A stretch of 64,000 nucleotides of DNA, from positions 45,136,001 to 45,200,000 of the forward strand of contig OZ024751.1 of NCBI GenBank assembly GCA_964016885.1. Direction: 5' to 3'. The notes beneath the pieces are model-generated. The model was not told where the DNA came from. It saw only the letters and a list, made by a program, of their open reading frames with translations, and did no database searches. Shown here one piece after another: positions 40,331 to 53,520 of the stretch. Position 1 is the stretch's first letter. Each line of letters opens with the position of its first letter. The translations under genes were made by a program, and so were the position numbers. Origin of the DNA: Eledone cirrhosa (lineage: Eukaryota).

Positions 40331-42714
40331 GCTTATTTATGTATATATAAATATATGGACCTTCAAAATGTTGATGGTCTCATAGAACTGTTGTCCTGAA
40401 ATATGGCGTGCCATGGCTACTTTAAACCTGGTGGAGCCCACCACTCCCTCCAAGTCTGAATACAGCCTATTTCTTTCAGAGAGAGAATGAGAAGGAGATA
40501 TAGAGGAAGAATCGACCCCAGTACTTGAATGGTACATTTTCTTTTATCACCTTTAAAAGGATGAAAGGCAAAGTTATCTGGGAGGGATTGGAGAGCAGAG
40601 AGCTGGAATGAATACCACAAAGAATTTTATCCAATATTCTAACAACTCTGCCAATTCAAACACCTATTCAGTCATTTATAGAAGAATATAATTTACCCAT
40701 AAAATAATTAGAGACTTTCCATTGTTCTTAATATTTCTAAAAATATAACCAATGAGTGTGATGTTGTATGTAAATGTAGGCAAAAGACAAGATTATATTT
40801 CATCGTTAAATAATCTTAATTAGGCCATAAGTTATCATTAGAGCAATAAGTAATTGTGTTGTGTCAATTAGCAATAACTGAAGCAGGACTATAATCACAG
40901 ACCATAAAAAATGTTCATTATTGACCAAGTTATAACTGATACATACAGGACTCCACAACTAATTCATTAAATATTCAGGAGATTTAAAGACAAAAGGTGG
41001 TCGATTTCAGAATTGTTGTAGCATCAGCTAGAATGTGTTCTAATCCTGCCAGGGTCTATTGTGGCTTTCATCCTTTTGGGGTCAATAAAGAGAGCACCAG
41101 TCCAGTACTTGTGCAGCCTTAAATATGACACCCCTCATATAAATCAAATGTCAACAGATCTAAATATACAGTTTTCATCTCTAAACATAAGATTAATTGG
41201 TCTCAAAAATTATAATCATAAGCCATATTAGAGCTGTAGAAGAAATAGTAATTAATTCCAGGTTTAAATGCAATTAGTATCCTACTGGACAGCTTGTCAG
41301 TAACTGGTTAGTGACAGCATTTTACTGGTCAGCTAGTCAGTAGCTATCTCATCTTATCCATTGCCCTTAGGCAAGACAGCAAGCACAACTTCATGCCAAC
41401 AGTCTCTGTTTCCTATCAAGGTTTGTAGGTCTTCCTTGTCAATTCCAGTGTGTGTCTCTTGCTATGGTATCCTGGTAAAGGAGATCTCCCACATGAAGTC
41501 TGAAACCATTTCATCTTTACGCACTTACTTAGGAGATTTTTCCATATATATGATTGAGCATGGGATGAGTTTGCTCAGGAATATTTTTAGCCTTTCTCAG
41601 AAAGGTAGTGTAATATCTATTTAAATGGGTCTGTAGACAGGTGCGCAAAAATGTGTTTATAAGGAAATACAATACAATATAAAAAAGAAAACCACTAAGA
41701 GATCTAAGGAAATTTGTCATTTCTGAGATAAACCTTTGTGCCTCCATCCCCACCCAATTCATCTACTCATATCTAGAGACAGGAGACAGCTGAGTGGAGG
41801 TTGTCAGCAGATGTTTTTACTGAGAAGAGAAGAAAAATATAAGATTTTCAGAGAGATATATTTCTAGGAATAACAGCAGGGGTGACCCAGATTTTAGATA
41901 TATCTAATTGTAGGTACACCAGAATAAACTTGGGAGATAAAATAGCAAGTATTCCAGGTACTGGTGGTGACTCTCCCAACAACTGAATAGGGGTAAGATG
42001 ATGATGATGATGATGGTGGCGATGATAATCACAAAGATCATGATGATATCAATAAAGATGATGATGGTGATAATAATGATTATGATGATGATGATTAACC
42101 CTTACAGTACCATATTTCTAATGAAATAATACACCACCTATGTTTTTCAACCAGCTTTGATTTTAAATAGTCAATAATTTGAAGGAATTTAGTAAAATAA
42201 CTAACTATATCATTAAGCTGAGTGGTTAGAGAATTGAATTCACATTCTGAGGTTGCAAGTTCGATTCCCAGACCGGGCAATGCATTATGTCCTAGAACAA
42301 GACACTTTATTTCATGTTGTTCTTTCTGCCAGGAGTTGCAATTGGTAGATAGTTTCAGCAATGGAAACATTGTTTCCTTGGTCCGATTTGACAAGCTCCA
42401 CCCCACTTGGTAAGCGAATAAGGCCTGGGAGCTTGTTGATTGGATTCATGATCATAAGGTCTTGAGTTTGATCCCTGGCCCTAGCAGTACATTGTGTCCT
42501 TGAGCAAGGCACTTTATTTCACTCCAGAATAAGTTGTACCTATAAACTCAAGGGGCCAGCCTTGGCACACATTATGCCATGCTGCATCTCCCTCAGAAAT
42601 AAGTTAAAGGTATACGTGTGTGTGTGTGTGGAATGTTCAGCCACTTGCACGTTAATTTCAGGAGTAGGTTGTTCTGATGTAGGACCAATAAGTACATAGT
42701 TTAACAAATCTATT

Positions 42715-43100
42715 CTTCCATACCATTTAAACCGGCTGTATCCAGACAGAATTCTCTCACCTCTTTCTGTTCAAACTGGATATTCATACTGATGTTACGG
42801 TATTTTTCTCAAAATAAATATCAAAATCTCATAGATTCAAGATTCTGTGAGATAAAGCCTTTACCGTGAAAATACAATAGTATATATAGAGTAATGTAAA
42901 TAATTGTTTCTACTTTTAACACAAGGCCAGCAGTTATCCCAGTGCATTACTGGTACTTTATTTTATCGACCCCTTAAGGATGAAAGGCAAAGTTAACCTC
43001 GGCAGGATTTGAACTCAGACCATAAAGGGGAATAACTCTATGCTGCAAACTGTGAAGTCCGACCCTCTACCGATACTGCCAATCTACCATAAAGGGTTAA
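42715..43100. mobile_element. Inverted, older copy of the same piggyBac-type MITE, interrupted by a SINE (~42901-43088)
   Basis: Reverse-complement similarity to 43714-43921; ends AAAGGGTTAA. Confidence 0.7.
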
Positions 43101-43713
43101 ATATAAAAACTTGAAAACAAGAGGCAGTTGTATCTGTGTGGGGAAGTGCGTATCAAAAGAGTTAAGTGTAGAGAGAATAAAATAAAATCTGTATACAGGA
43201 TTTCTTTTCTTCAACTGATTTCAGTCATTAGATCGCGGCCATGCCGAAGCACCAGCTTAACCCTTCTGTTGCCATATTTCTAATAAAATATACTGCCTAT
43301 GATTTTCGAATAATTTTGAAAACAATCAAAAACCATTCTCTCTCTTTCACTCAACAAAGTTAATGGAAATATAATATATAAACAAAAAAATTTTTTTTAT
43401 TAAACCCAAATAGAATTAAAATCACTCAATCATGAAAAATATATCAGAGACTTATGAAATAATTAATTAATTTTATCAGAGTAATCTTTATTAGCTGTAG
43501 CAAGATTTAATATATAGACAACAATCAGTAAAATTAAATCAACTCGTTATCATTTCTATAATAGTAATTATTATTCAGAGCTGTACTTGTTTGCTAAATG
43601 ACTTGATTTGAGGCTGGCTGATGAAACTGAAGCAATTATATCATGGAAAAGATATTTTAGTCAGTGAAAAAATAAACAATAATGCAGAGAAAGAAGAGCA
43701 TGAGCTGTGTTAA

Positions 43714-43921
43714 CCCTTTAGCATTTGCATTACTCTATATTTACTATTGTATTTTCACAGTAAAGGCTTTATCTCACATAATATCAAATCTGAGATTTTG
43801 ATATTATATATTTTGAGAACAATACCTTAACAATACCTTATGAGTGACCAGTTATGGCGGGTTTGAACAGAAAGAGGTGACAGAATTCTGGCCAAATATG
43901 GCCGGTTTAAATGCTAAAGGG
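43714..43921. mobile_element. piggyBac-type MITE
   Basis: TTAA on both sides with TIRs CCCTTTAGCATTT / AAATGCTAAAGGG. Confidence 0.85.
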
Positions 43922-46066
43922 TTAAGGATACAGCATCCTCATCATCATCATTTAATGTCTATTTTCCCACTCTTGCATGGGTTAGATGGGTTGTCATGTT
44001 ACAAGACAAGTCAGGTCCGGAGTCCATGTCATGCTCATACAGATCTGTATTTTGGCTTGGTTTCTACAGTTGGATGCCCTTCCTAATGTTACAGTGGTAA
44101 TCTACACGATAAACACACATAGTACAATCTGTTCTGTAAAGCTGGTGATAAGAAGGGCATCCAGTCATGGAAAACCTGTCAAACAAAGGATCAAGAGGAC
44201 TCTTCAACTGTGTCAAAGACACGACAATCTCCCTAGTGCTGGTGCCATGATAAAATGCACTTGGTAGAGCTTGGGAATGTATGTAAGCCCCTCTGAGAGC
44301 TCAATAGCTGTGCTTGAATACAGACTCAACCCTTGCTAGGAGGGAAGACAGACATGAAACGATGATATTTCCATCTCATAAATGGTTGTTTCACCTTTGT
44401 TTGCTGATCACTGCCATAATTCCATTGTAATGTAATTGTGGCAGTGACCAGATCACAGAGGTGTGATGTAAATTTTAGAATTGTGGCAGTGACCAGATCA
44501 CAGAGGTGCAACAAAAGTGTTAATTTTATATTTAGGCACAAGACCAGCAAATTTTGTGGGTTGAATACAAAACATAGGTATGTGTGCAACACAAAAACAT
44601 GAATGAGGGTGAAACACAAAATACAGGTAAAGGTGAAACACAAAACAATATTCAACTAATAAATAATAAGCTAGAGGGGGGGGGGGTTCTATGTACATTT
44701 TTGACCTGGTAGAAATAGCAACCACATCTCCCTCAAATCATAACCTGGCGTTTTAATTAAGGAGATGACACAGGATAATGTAGTCTTAGTCATTACCCTT
44801 AAAAACGACTCCGTGGTCGAGGTAAGAATGCTTGATTAGGGTTGATCTAGAGCTAATCAATAACAACAACGGCTGGAGACATTTTGACAGTATTACATAA
44901 CAACCCTCTAAATAGTTGTTCAACCTGTTAGAAATAGCAGCCAAATTTCACTTGAATCACAACCAGCTGTTCCAAATGTGGAAATCCAAGGAAATTGTCG
45001 AAAACCCTTCCAAAAGTGTTACAGGGGTAGACCACGGAGGTGATACTCCGTCGGAATATTTTTGAGAAATTTGTTGTCATTTGATGAAAAAATAAATAAA
45101 TGATTAAATAAAATTGAATTCTCATAGTTAGAACAAGAAAACAAAAAGAGAGCATAACTAGAATTTAGTAGAGTTCCAACCCACGAAAAGGACCCAATAC
45201 TTTCATAATAGAAAAGTTCCGAATAGGCGATGTAGCCGGTAAACCCTTAAAGGGGCGCAACACACATCGCTATTGCATTTCACCAGCCCCTTCCTTCTGT
45301 TGTCTGTATCTGTTTATGTATTTGCGTGTAGAAGTGTGTGTGTATGTAACTTTAATGTTTGTTTTTTATTGGCTATTCTGAGATTAACGGTAGAGTTCAG
45401 TGATTAATAACGTGCCAGTTTTTCGAAAGGACGTTCGCCGTCACCAACAGGACATTTCCAAATTACTTTCGTTTTTAGTCCAAAAAAGAAATTATTATTG
45501 TAACATAAAATAAGCTTCAACCCAAAATATGCCAGTATTGCTAATAAAAAAAATACACACCATATGACTTTCACTTTATTTTTATTACTAGTTATTGGTT
45601 AGTCCGTCAAAGTACTTTTGCCACACACACACACATATATATATGGTGGCTGCCAACTCGTTTTCGAGTATGGCCCCTACTTTATATCCGTGTAGGAGAA
45701 CCCCTACCGATGCGATGAACGAGTGTGACTTTTTAGTCCAGCCAGCGACTTGAAAACTCTGGTACAAACACTACACGTTGACAATTACTGACACATAGTG
45801 CTCTCCGGGTGATTTTGGATGGCCATTGAGAGGTTTTGTTTTTAGTCCTGCAAGATGTCCAAAGTCACCCTCCTCACCAAGAAACCTTGGTTAGGGTTAG
45901 GGTTTAAACATTTTATCAACATAATCGAAAACGTATTTCTATAAAAAGCCATTAAAAACATATATTATTAAGACAGTTATTGGGGGCGGGAGGGAAGGGC
46001 ACTAAACTGTAGTTATGCGCCCGTACACAAAAACAAATAAATAAAGATTACGAGAATTTCTCTTAC

Positions 46067-46275
46067 CAAGCTTTAGGGTTAGTGAGAGGTTTATATTTCT
46101 TATATTTTACTTTCCATTCAATCACTTTTGTACATGATTCACACAATCCCGTAAATTCCAAAGAATTTATCAGCTTTTGTTTGTTACTATTATCGTGTAA
46201 ATTGTTTCTAAATGCTGTCTTATTTTTGTGACAGGGTGGACCAGATTTCTTTGTATTACCTCTTTGCGAACTCAT
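46067..46275 (-). CDS. C9orf85: C9orf85-like uncharacterised Cys-rich protein, coding exon 1
   Basis: MSSQRGNTKKSGPPCHKNKTAFRNNLHD...GLCESCTKVIEWKVKYKKYKPLTNPKA resembles the conserved C9orf85 N-terminus (MSSQKGN...GVCQRCKEVLEWRVKYSKYKPL). It ends TG|GTAAGA (phase-2 donor). Confidence 0.9.
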
Positions 46276-46834
46276 GATGTGAAGCTGTTATTATTATTGT
46301 TGTTTTTCTTTGTTGTTGTCAAAGGAATTGGAACAAACTTTACCATGTGCTCCATTAAATGGAAACTACAATAACGGAAGTGACGTGATGTACAAGTCGC
46401 ACGGATTTTTTTTTTTTTCAATTATTCTTATTTCAACGTTATAAATTAGATATTAATTTTAACATTTCTATTTGATTTTTTTTCTCATAATATTTAACTA
46501 ATGATACAAAAACAAAAAAAAAACAGATTTTTTTTCTTCGGCAATTAGGAAATACCGGAAGTGTATTTGTGAGTATGCAGTACGAAGTGGTATTGTGTGT
46601 CTGTCATGTGACGTCATATTGTATAGTCGTCTTACTTTGCTTCCAGTTGAATACATCGTCTCATGTCTAGCTATACTTTCTAAATTGAATGTTCTACATT
46701 ACTTCGTCGTCGTTCTCTTAAAAGTGGCTGTGTGCCTGCTTAGTCCTCTACTCAACAGCCTAGTTTCTTCGTTTTTTTTTTTCCCCTAAAAAAAAAAAAC
46801 AACCCATTTTGTTCAGGGCCCCAAACCTGAAGGT
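46276..46834. promoter_or_regulatory. Putative bidirectional promoter and 5' UTR region shared by C9orf85-like and ABHD17
   Basis: Divergent ATGs 559 bp apart. ETS-CRE composite CGGAAGTGACGT at 46375-46386, ETS/GABP-type CCGGAAGTG at 46555-46563, perfect CRE TGACGTCA at 46609-46616. The region is free of transposon insertions. Confidence 0.75.
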
Positions 46835-47481
46835 ATGAACGGCCTCTCTCTCAGCGAGCTTTGTTGTCTGTTTTGCTGTCCGCCATGTCCCTCGCGTATC
46901 GCTGCCAAACTGGCGTTTCTGCCTCCAGAACCGACATATTCCTTAGTATCGGACCAAACAGGATCACGGTACAGTTTGCATCTGACAGAAAGAGCAGAAT
47001 GGCAATATTCGCAAAAAGAACTGGATTGTATCGAAGTATTCATGACGAGAACTACACGGGGAAACAGAATCTCATGTATGTTTGTTCGCTGTTCCCCCAA
47101 CGCTCGTTTTACTCTCCTATTCAGCCACGGAAATGCAGTCGATTTAGGACAAATGAGTAGCTTTTATATCGGACTCGGATCTAGAATTAACTGTAATATC
47201 TTTAGTTACGATTATTCTGGCTATGGAGCTAGCTCAGGAAAACCTTCGGAGAAAAATCTTTATTCTGATATCGATGCGGCTTTACAAGCCTTGCGGACTC
47301 GTTATGGCATCAGTCCACAAAATGTCATTTTGTACGGACAAAGTATAGGTACCGTTCCTACAGTGGATCTCGCTTCAAGATTTGAAGTCGGAGCTGTTAT
47401 TCTACATTCACCTCTTACATCTGGGGTACGTTTGGCTTTTCCCGACACAAAACGCACTTGGTTTTTTGATGCCTTCCCGAG
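46835..47481 (+). CDS. ABHD17: Alpha/beta hydrolase domain-containing protein 17 (FAM108-type protein depalmitoylase), first coding exon; remaining exon(s) not found in window
   Basis: Translation [35 protein letters not shown]...[14 protein letters not shown]...[21 protein letters not shown]...[16 protein letters not shown]...[25 protein letters not shown] matches the ABHD17 family: N-terminal palmitoylated Cys cluster and GQSIG nucleophile elbow. It ends at a canonical phase-2 donor AG|GTAAGT (47481/47482). The exon with catalytic Asp/His was not located. Confidence 0.96.
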
Positions 47482-47861
47482 GTAAGTGACGATAATGATG
47501 TTGGTGTCATAATTTATTTATATGTATATTAAGCCACAGTAATACTTTTATATTATTTAATTTTCAGTTGTTTTTATCTTTTTTCCTTTCTTTCCTATTC
47601 TCTCATCTAAAGAGACCCCCCCCCCCCCTAAAGAGATGAATTATAATCGCTTGACTCAATATCCCGATACAATATCTGACTAATTTATAGTTATGTTATT
47701 ACAGTAAATATTTTTTTTAGTCTCACACCCATCACCTAGACAGGTGTGATGGAGTTCTCGGGTGGGGGAATCACTAAACAACGAGTTTCAACCACATACG
47801 GCGGTTTTGAAGGCCATATTCGTTCAAAATACATTTTTTTTTAAAACTCGATATGAAACAA

Positions 47862-47898
<37 letters not shown>

Positions 47899-47914
47899 TT
47901 AATCTGTTATTTTA

Positions 47915-47955
<41 letters not shown>

Positions 47956-48356
47956 CAGAAAGAAAAAAAGTATATTCGATCATCCTGGTGAGAATTAAAC
48001 ATAAACACTATGGCAACGGACTAATTAGCATCTTTTTAAAACATACCCAAGTCCGGGTTTTTTTAAAGTCTTCGCCATTTCCACCACTGCTGTCAAAAAT
48101 GATCTCTCCTTCTCTGTTCCATTGTTTAAGTATTGACCCTTCAACCTTATTGTCTGTTTCTTGTCTCACACATATGTCTACCACATACATATGTCTACAT
48201 TACACATACATTTAGACTATATATATATATATATATAGTCTGAATGTATGCTTGTCATCATTAAAGAAAGAGCCCTCAATATGTAATCATAGAAGTAAAT
48301 ATACTATATTGTATGAAATATTTTTCTAACATATTCTTTGATAACACACGCACGTA

Positions 48357-48389
<33 letters not shown>

Positions 48390-48653
48390 TGTGTGTGTGT
48401 GAGAGAGTATGAAGGAATATGTTAGGAAAAAACACACATACATTATATGAAAGAGAGATGGTGTTTATTAGAGAGTTAAATTAAAGAAGTATAATTTAAG
48501 TCTGTTTTACCTGCAAATAAAATACTGCCTCACCCAATGACAATTCTTAGCGAGACGTTCGTCGTATATTATCACTCAATTCACTTTGTTGATAAAAGGT
48601 TAGTGTGTATTATATATATACTACACTGAACTATGTAGTTTGGCTTTTATTTT

Positions 48654-48733
<80 letters not shown>

Positions 48734-50887
48734 GGATAAAATGAAACGAAATATATATATATAGTTTCGTGTTAAATGTTGATGAAAGGAAAAGAACTGT
48801 CGAAAACCTGTTTTCTTTTTATTTTTGGTTAAATTATTCATTCTGCCTTCGCCTTCTTGCTCATATTCTAACAGTTTAGGGAACTTTTAGCGATGTAATC
48901 ATTTAGGGAGCGACTGTTGCCATATAAACAGCAGTGATTAAACCATATGGTGAGCTTGATACTAGTTAGTTTAGTTGTTGGGTGCCAACTTCTCTCTCTC
49001 ATTCTACTAAGGTAACTAAGTAACTGACTGGCTGACTCAGTGCAAATCAACTTTTAACACATCCACCCACCCACCTTAACATACTAGCATCACCTTTCTA
49101 GCTAATCGAACCCCACATCTATAGTTCCTTCTAAACCACATACACCCACGGCATTGTGAATATCCATGTGTCCATTAAAAACCCCTCCTTCCTCGTGATT
49201 CGGCGACTTTCATCTTGAAACGAACTCTCGGGTTGCTTTTTTTTAGTATAAAATTGAATCCATCTCTCTCTCTATATATATAATGTGTGTATGTGTGTAA
49301 TGTCTAAAAGCAGAAAGAAATCTCTATTTCCATGTGAAACCAAATACTGTGTTGAAATGCTAAATAAATGAGTTTCTAGGTTATTACAGTAAAAATATGT
49401 TAAGCGACCACCACCTTCATCTCCTCTACCCCGCTCTCTTTTTCTTCCCATATATTCCACGCCTGTGATATATAAGATTTTAATTTAATTTAAAGCCGGG
49501 TTTTCTCTGCCAATGTTTACACTGTTACTACCTCATAAATAATGACAACATCCCCACCCACCCGTTATCTTAACTGGTAACTCAATTCCGACTCCCTTTA
49601 ATACGTTCATTGGCACTCCCTATTTTTTTTTTTATTTCTTAACTACGTTAAAATAAATATATATACGATAAATATATTTACAAAGTAAGTAAGTTTCTGT
49701 TAACATTTGGTGACAAAACTAAAAGATATGCAAAGGAAGTCACGTACTACTATTTTGTATTTTGTTGATATATATCTATCTATCTATATATCTATATATA
49801 TATAGATAGATAGATATATACACACGGAACGTGATCAACGGGAATCTGTGAACTCAGAGTAGCAACAGAATACTCTCAGTAATGTGTGTGTGTATATATA
49901 TATATTGTATATATACATAGTGAAGGCCTTTATATATGTGTGTGTGTATAAAGTTTCGAACTCGTGTCAACCGACAAAGATAAAAAGAAGCATTTCTTTT
50001 ATGTCTACAATAAATTGTTACAATATCCGTGTTTGTGTATTCATTCCGCCTACGATAAATGTCAAACAAATTAGGTATAGTAAATTAATAGTCTGTACTG
50101 AAATTTGTGAGATTTCCTTCAAAAGTTCATTATCTGGAAGGAGCCTAAATATTTGTTTCTACTTTAGGCACAAGGCCAGCAAACACCCAGTTCATTACTG
50201 GTACTTTAAATATTGTTCAGTGTTTGTATTGGACATAATAATAGAAATCTTTGCTTAGTTTATATTCGAAGCAAACTGAAATAAATATTTTTTTTAAAAT
50301 ATTTATTTATTTGCTTACGTTAGTATTACTGCTTTTATTTATATTATCTCAGAATATTTCTGAAAAGGTATCATTGCATTTAGCAAGTTTATTTATCTAA
50401 TAGTAAATGACGATAGATTTATAAAATATCGTCAGATAATGTTTAAATCACAGATCAAATATACGTAAATATAATTTTCTACTTTTGGCACAAGGCCAGC
50501 AATCATCTCAGTACATTACTGGTACTTTATTTTATCGACCCTGTAAGGATGAAAGGCAAAGTTAACCTCGGTGGGATTAGTTATATACCCTATAGCAACG
50601 TAGTTCTTTTTGGCTTTTTTTTTTTATTTAGTCAGTTAAAACTTTGATGTGATGATTGTAGAGAATAATTAGAGATATAGTGTTAAACATTTATAACAAA
50701 TCCCGTGAATGTAAAATATTTTGTTTGCAGCCTTTCCCAAAATCTTATTTGTAGTCAGTACAATTTGGGTGTGTTTCCTGTTAGCTTTACAATCCATCAT
50801 ACTTCGACACATATTTCTCCATGTGTATTATTATATAAATATTATATATATATATATATATAAATATTATATATATATATATATATA

Positions 50888-50934
<47 letters not shown>

Positions 50935-53125
50935 TTATATATATAAATATAATATATATATATATATATATCAATAGATGCATCCTTATTTAAATGATTT
51001 AAGGTGCAGGGTTGTTAAATTGGTGTTTTTCTTGTGCAATGTGAATTTAAGGTGCAATATTTTGCTGTAATCTTGCTTCAATAAAAAATAGGATTGATGT
51101 TAGTGTTAGCTGAAATATTCTTTTTAAACTTTCAACTAATTTTCATTGGTGTGAAGCAATTTTTATGTTGTTAGACTGGTGAAGGCTATATATTTTTTTG
51201 TCATATGTTGTAGTTTTTGTGTTCAGTTTATTATTTTAGTTTAGAGACTAGAAAAAAAAGTTGCTTATACATAAAGGAAATTTCATGTCTATATTTGAGT
51301 ATTTCTGTTGTATTGTTGGCCTCTAATTTAACTCAAATGCTTAATTAATTATATAACTTTCAATGCAAGTTTGTCAACTTATCGGTGTCATTGTCTGTAA
51401 TAATTTCTCTATCGATTATGACACATATTGCCATAGATCTGTGAATGGTTTTCATTCATCCCCATCTCTCTCTCTACTCTCATTATTATAATGTAACGAG
51501 GAGGAGGGGAGAAAAGGGGATCTCGTTACTATTGTGGTTCTTGTGTAATTAATATCCCTTATTATCAATGAGGCAAATAGCAAATTAGTTAAATATTTTC
51601 CGTGTTGCTATAGTGAGTGATCTTTTTTGCTAAACATTATACGTTCATACACACACTAGATTTCTGGTTTTTATTCCTTTCGGCACCCCCCCCCCCCACA
51701 CACAATCACCACCACCGTCTCTTCCTCCTCTCTACACTTGTAAATATATAAATATCACAACTGCATTGTTACAATCATGTAACATGCAGCATAAGAATCG
51801 ATCTAATCTATATAGGTTTATATGAATGGTCTAATTTAAGTTGTTAGTGGATATAGATAGATATAGGATTGACTGGGACTCCCAATTTCGCCCTCGGTGG
51901 CTGCTACTACATCCCCTCAAAAATAAATGTTTTGTTGTGACTTATAATCCCATAAGTCAACGACATGTACATTACACACACACATATATATATAGTTTAA
52001 TAAATGAACAGAGAGGGAGTACAAATGATAGTTTTTAGTTTCACGCTTGAGAGTGGGGGATATATTCACACTGTTGTTGTTGTTTAGCCCTAGGTCAATT
52101 ACGATCATGTAAACTTATTATTAAAGATATCACACTTAGGACAACAGTATCCAATATGCCGTTTTCGTTCCCAACACATTTTTCTATGTGGTTCAAAGAA
52201 AGATGTTTTGCTCATTATTTCTAGCAGACTGGTTGACTACACAGAGGCTTTCTCGTTGACTCAGTGTTATGTGTATCTCTTTATAGCTAAAATACCCACA
52301 ACTTTTTACTGATTCTTTCCTTGGTCATCTGAAACTCATTGGTTTAATTTTGGGGTCTTAAAAGATTTACAGCTGTTTATATGAAAACCTGATCTATCTT
52401 AAAATTCAGCTCTCAGAACAAATAGATTTCTTCCATTACAATGTTTTCTTAGTAAATCTTAAAACTGATGATTTCATGAAGAAATAATTATAGTTCTTTG
52501 TATAAACTGTTATTAAAGTATTATGTCTATGTTTCCATTTCCAGTACTGCTTGTTGGTCATTTTAGTAGTTTTACATTATACATTATTTACTTTTCTTTT
52601 GGCTTGAAGTTGCACTAATGGCGATAATTCTTTAATAAGACTTTTTTTTATATTTTAGTTTGGAATTTGTTAAAATTTCTATTTTTGAAAGTTTAAATTC
52701 CACCCATTTACATTGGTCAATTTTCCTAATAAACAAATCTGCAAGTGTGTGTGTACATTCTTCATACATAAAAGTCTAAGTTCCCCCAACCACTCCTTAG
52801 GTCTATACCGTGATGATGGACAGATTCATACATACCTACAAATTCACAGTACACAACAAGAAATTAGTTCATACAAAATAAATATTTTTTTTACTTTTAA
52901 TAGGTGGGTTTGCAGAAATAATTATGGTTGTCTAATTTGTTTGTGCGTGGTGTTGTGTACTTTTTAACACGTATTGTTATATACTGCTTACATTTGTGCT
53001 GGTATTGAGTATATATATACACACACACACATACATAGATCTAGTAGGTACCTCTTAACCACTATACCCTTTTCCATGTACCTCTCATGCCACAACACCC
53101 ACCCACCGCTGTCACACCACCCTTA

Positions 53126-53520
53126 TACTGTAAAGTGATTGTGTAGGCGTCACGACAAAAAGCCACCCAGCCTACACCATAAAGGGATTGTGTAGGTGTC
53201 ACGACAAAAAGCACCCAGCCCACACAGTAAAGTGGTTGTGTAGGTGTCACGACAAAAAGCACCCAGCCCACACAGTAAAGTGGTTGTGTAGGTGTCACGA
53301 CAAAAAGCACCCAGCCCACACAGTAAAGTGGTTGTGTAGGTGTCAAGACAAAAAGCACCCAGCCCACGCTGTAAGTTGGCCATGTAGGTGTCACGACAAA
53401 AATCACTCAGCCCACACTGTAAAATGGTCATGTAGGTGTAACGACAAAAAGTACTCAGCCCACACTGTAAAGTGGTTTTGTAGATATCACGACAAAAAGC
53501 ACCTAGCATACACTGTAAAT
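53126..53520 (+). repeat. 48-bp minisatellite (~8 units) inside an RTE 3' UTR-derived element ending at ~53668
   Basis: Unit CACACAGTAAAGTGGTTGTGTAGGTGTCACGACAAAAAGCACCCAGCC, followed by the RTE 3' end and a (GAT)n tail. Confidence 0.9.

Noticed and set aside
41290-41990. Possible ancient LINE remnants here and at 56760-57250
   Set aside because: Too degenerate to assign from sequence alone.
45891-45903. TTAGGGTTAGGG telomere-like motif
   Set aside because: Only two units; too short to call an interstitial telomere.
53126-53520. CRISPR-like regular repeats (also 32785-32994)
   Set aside because: Contiguous tandem units with no unique spacers, no cas genes, and a eukaryotic context.
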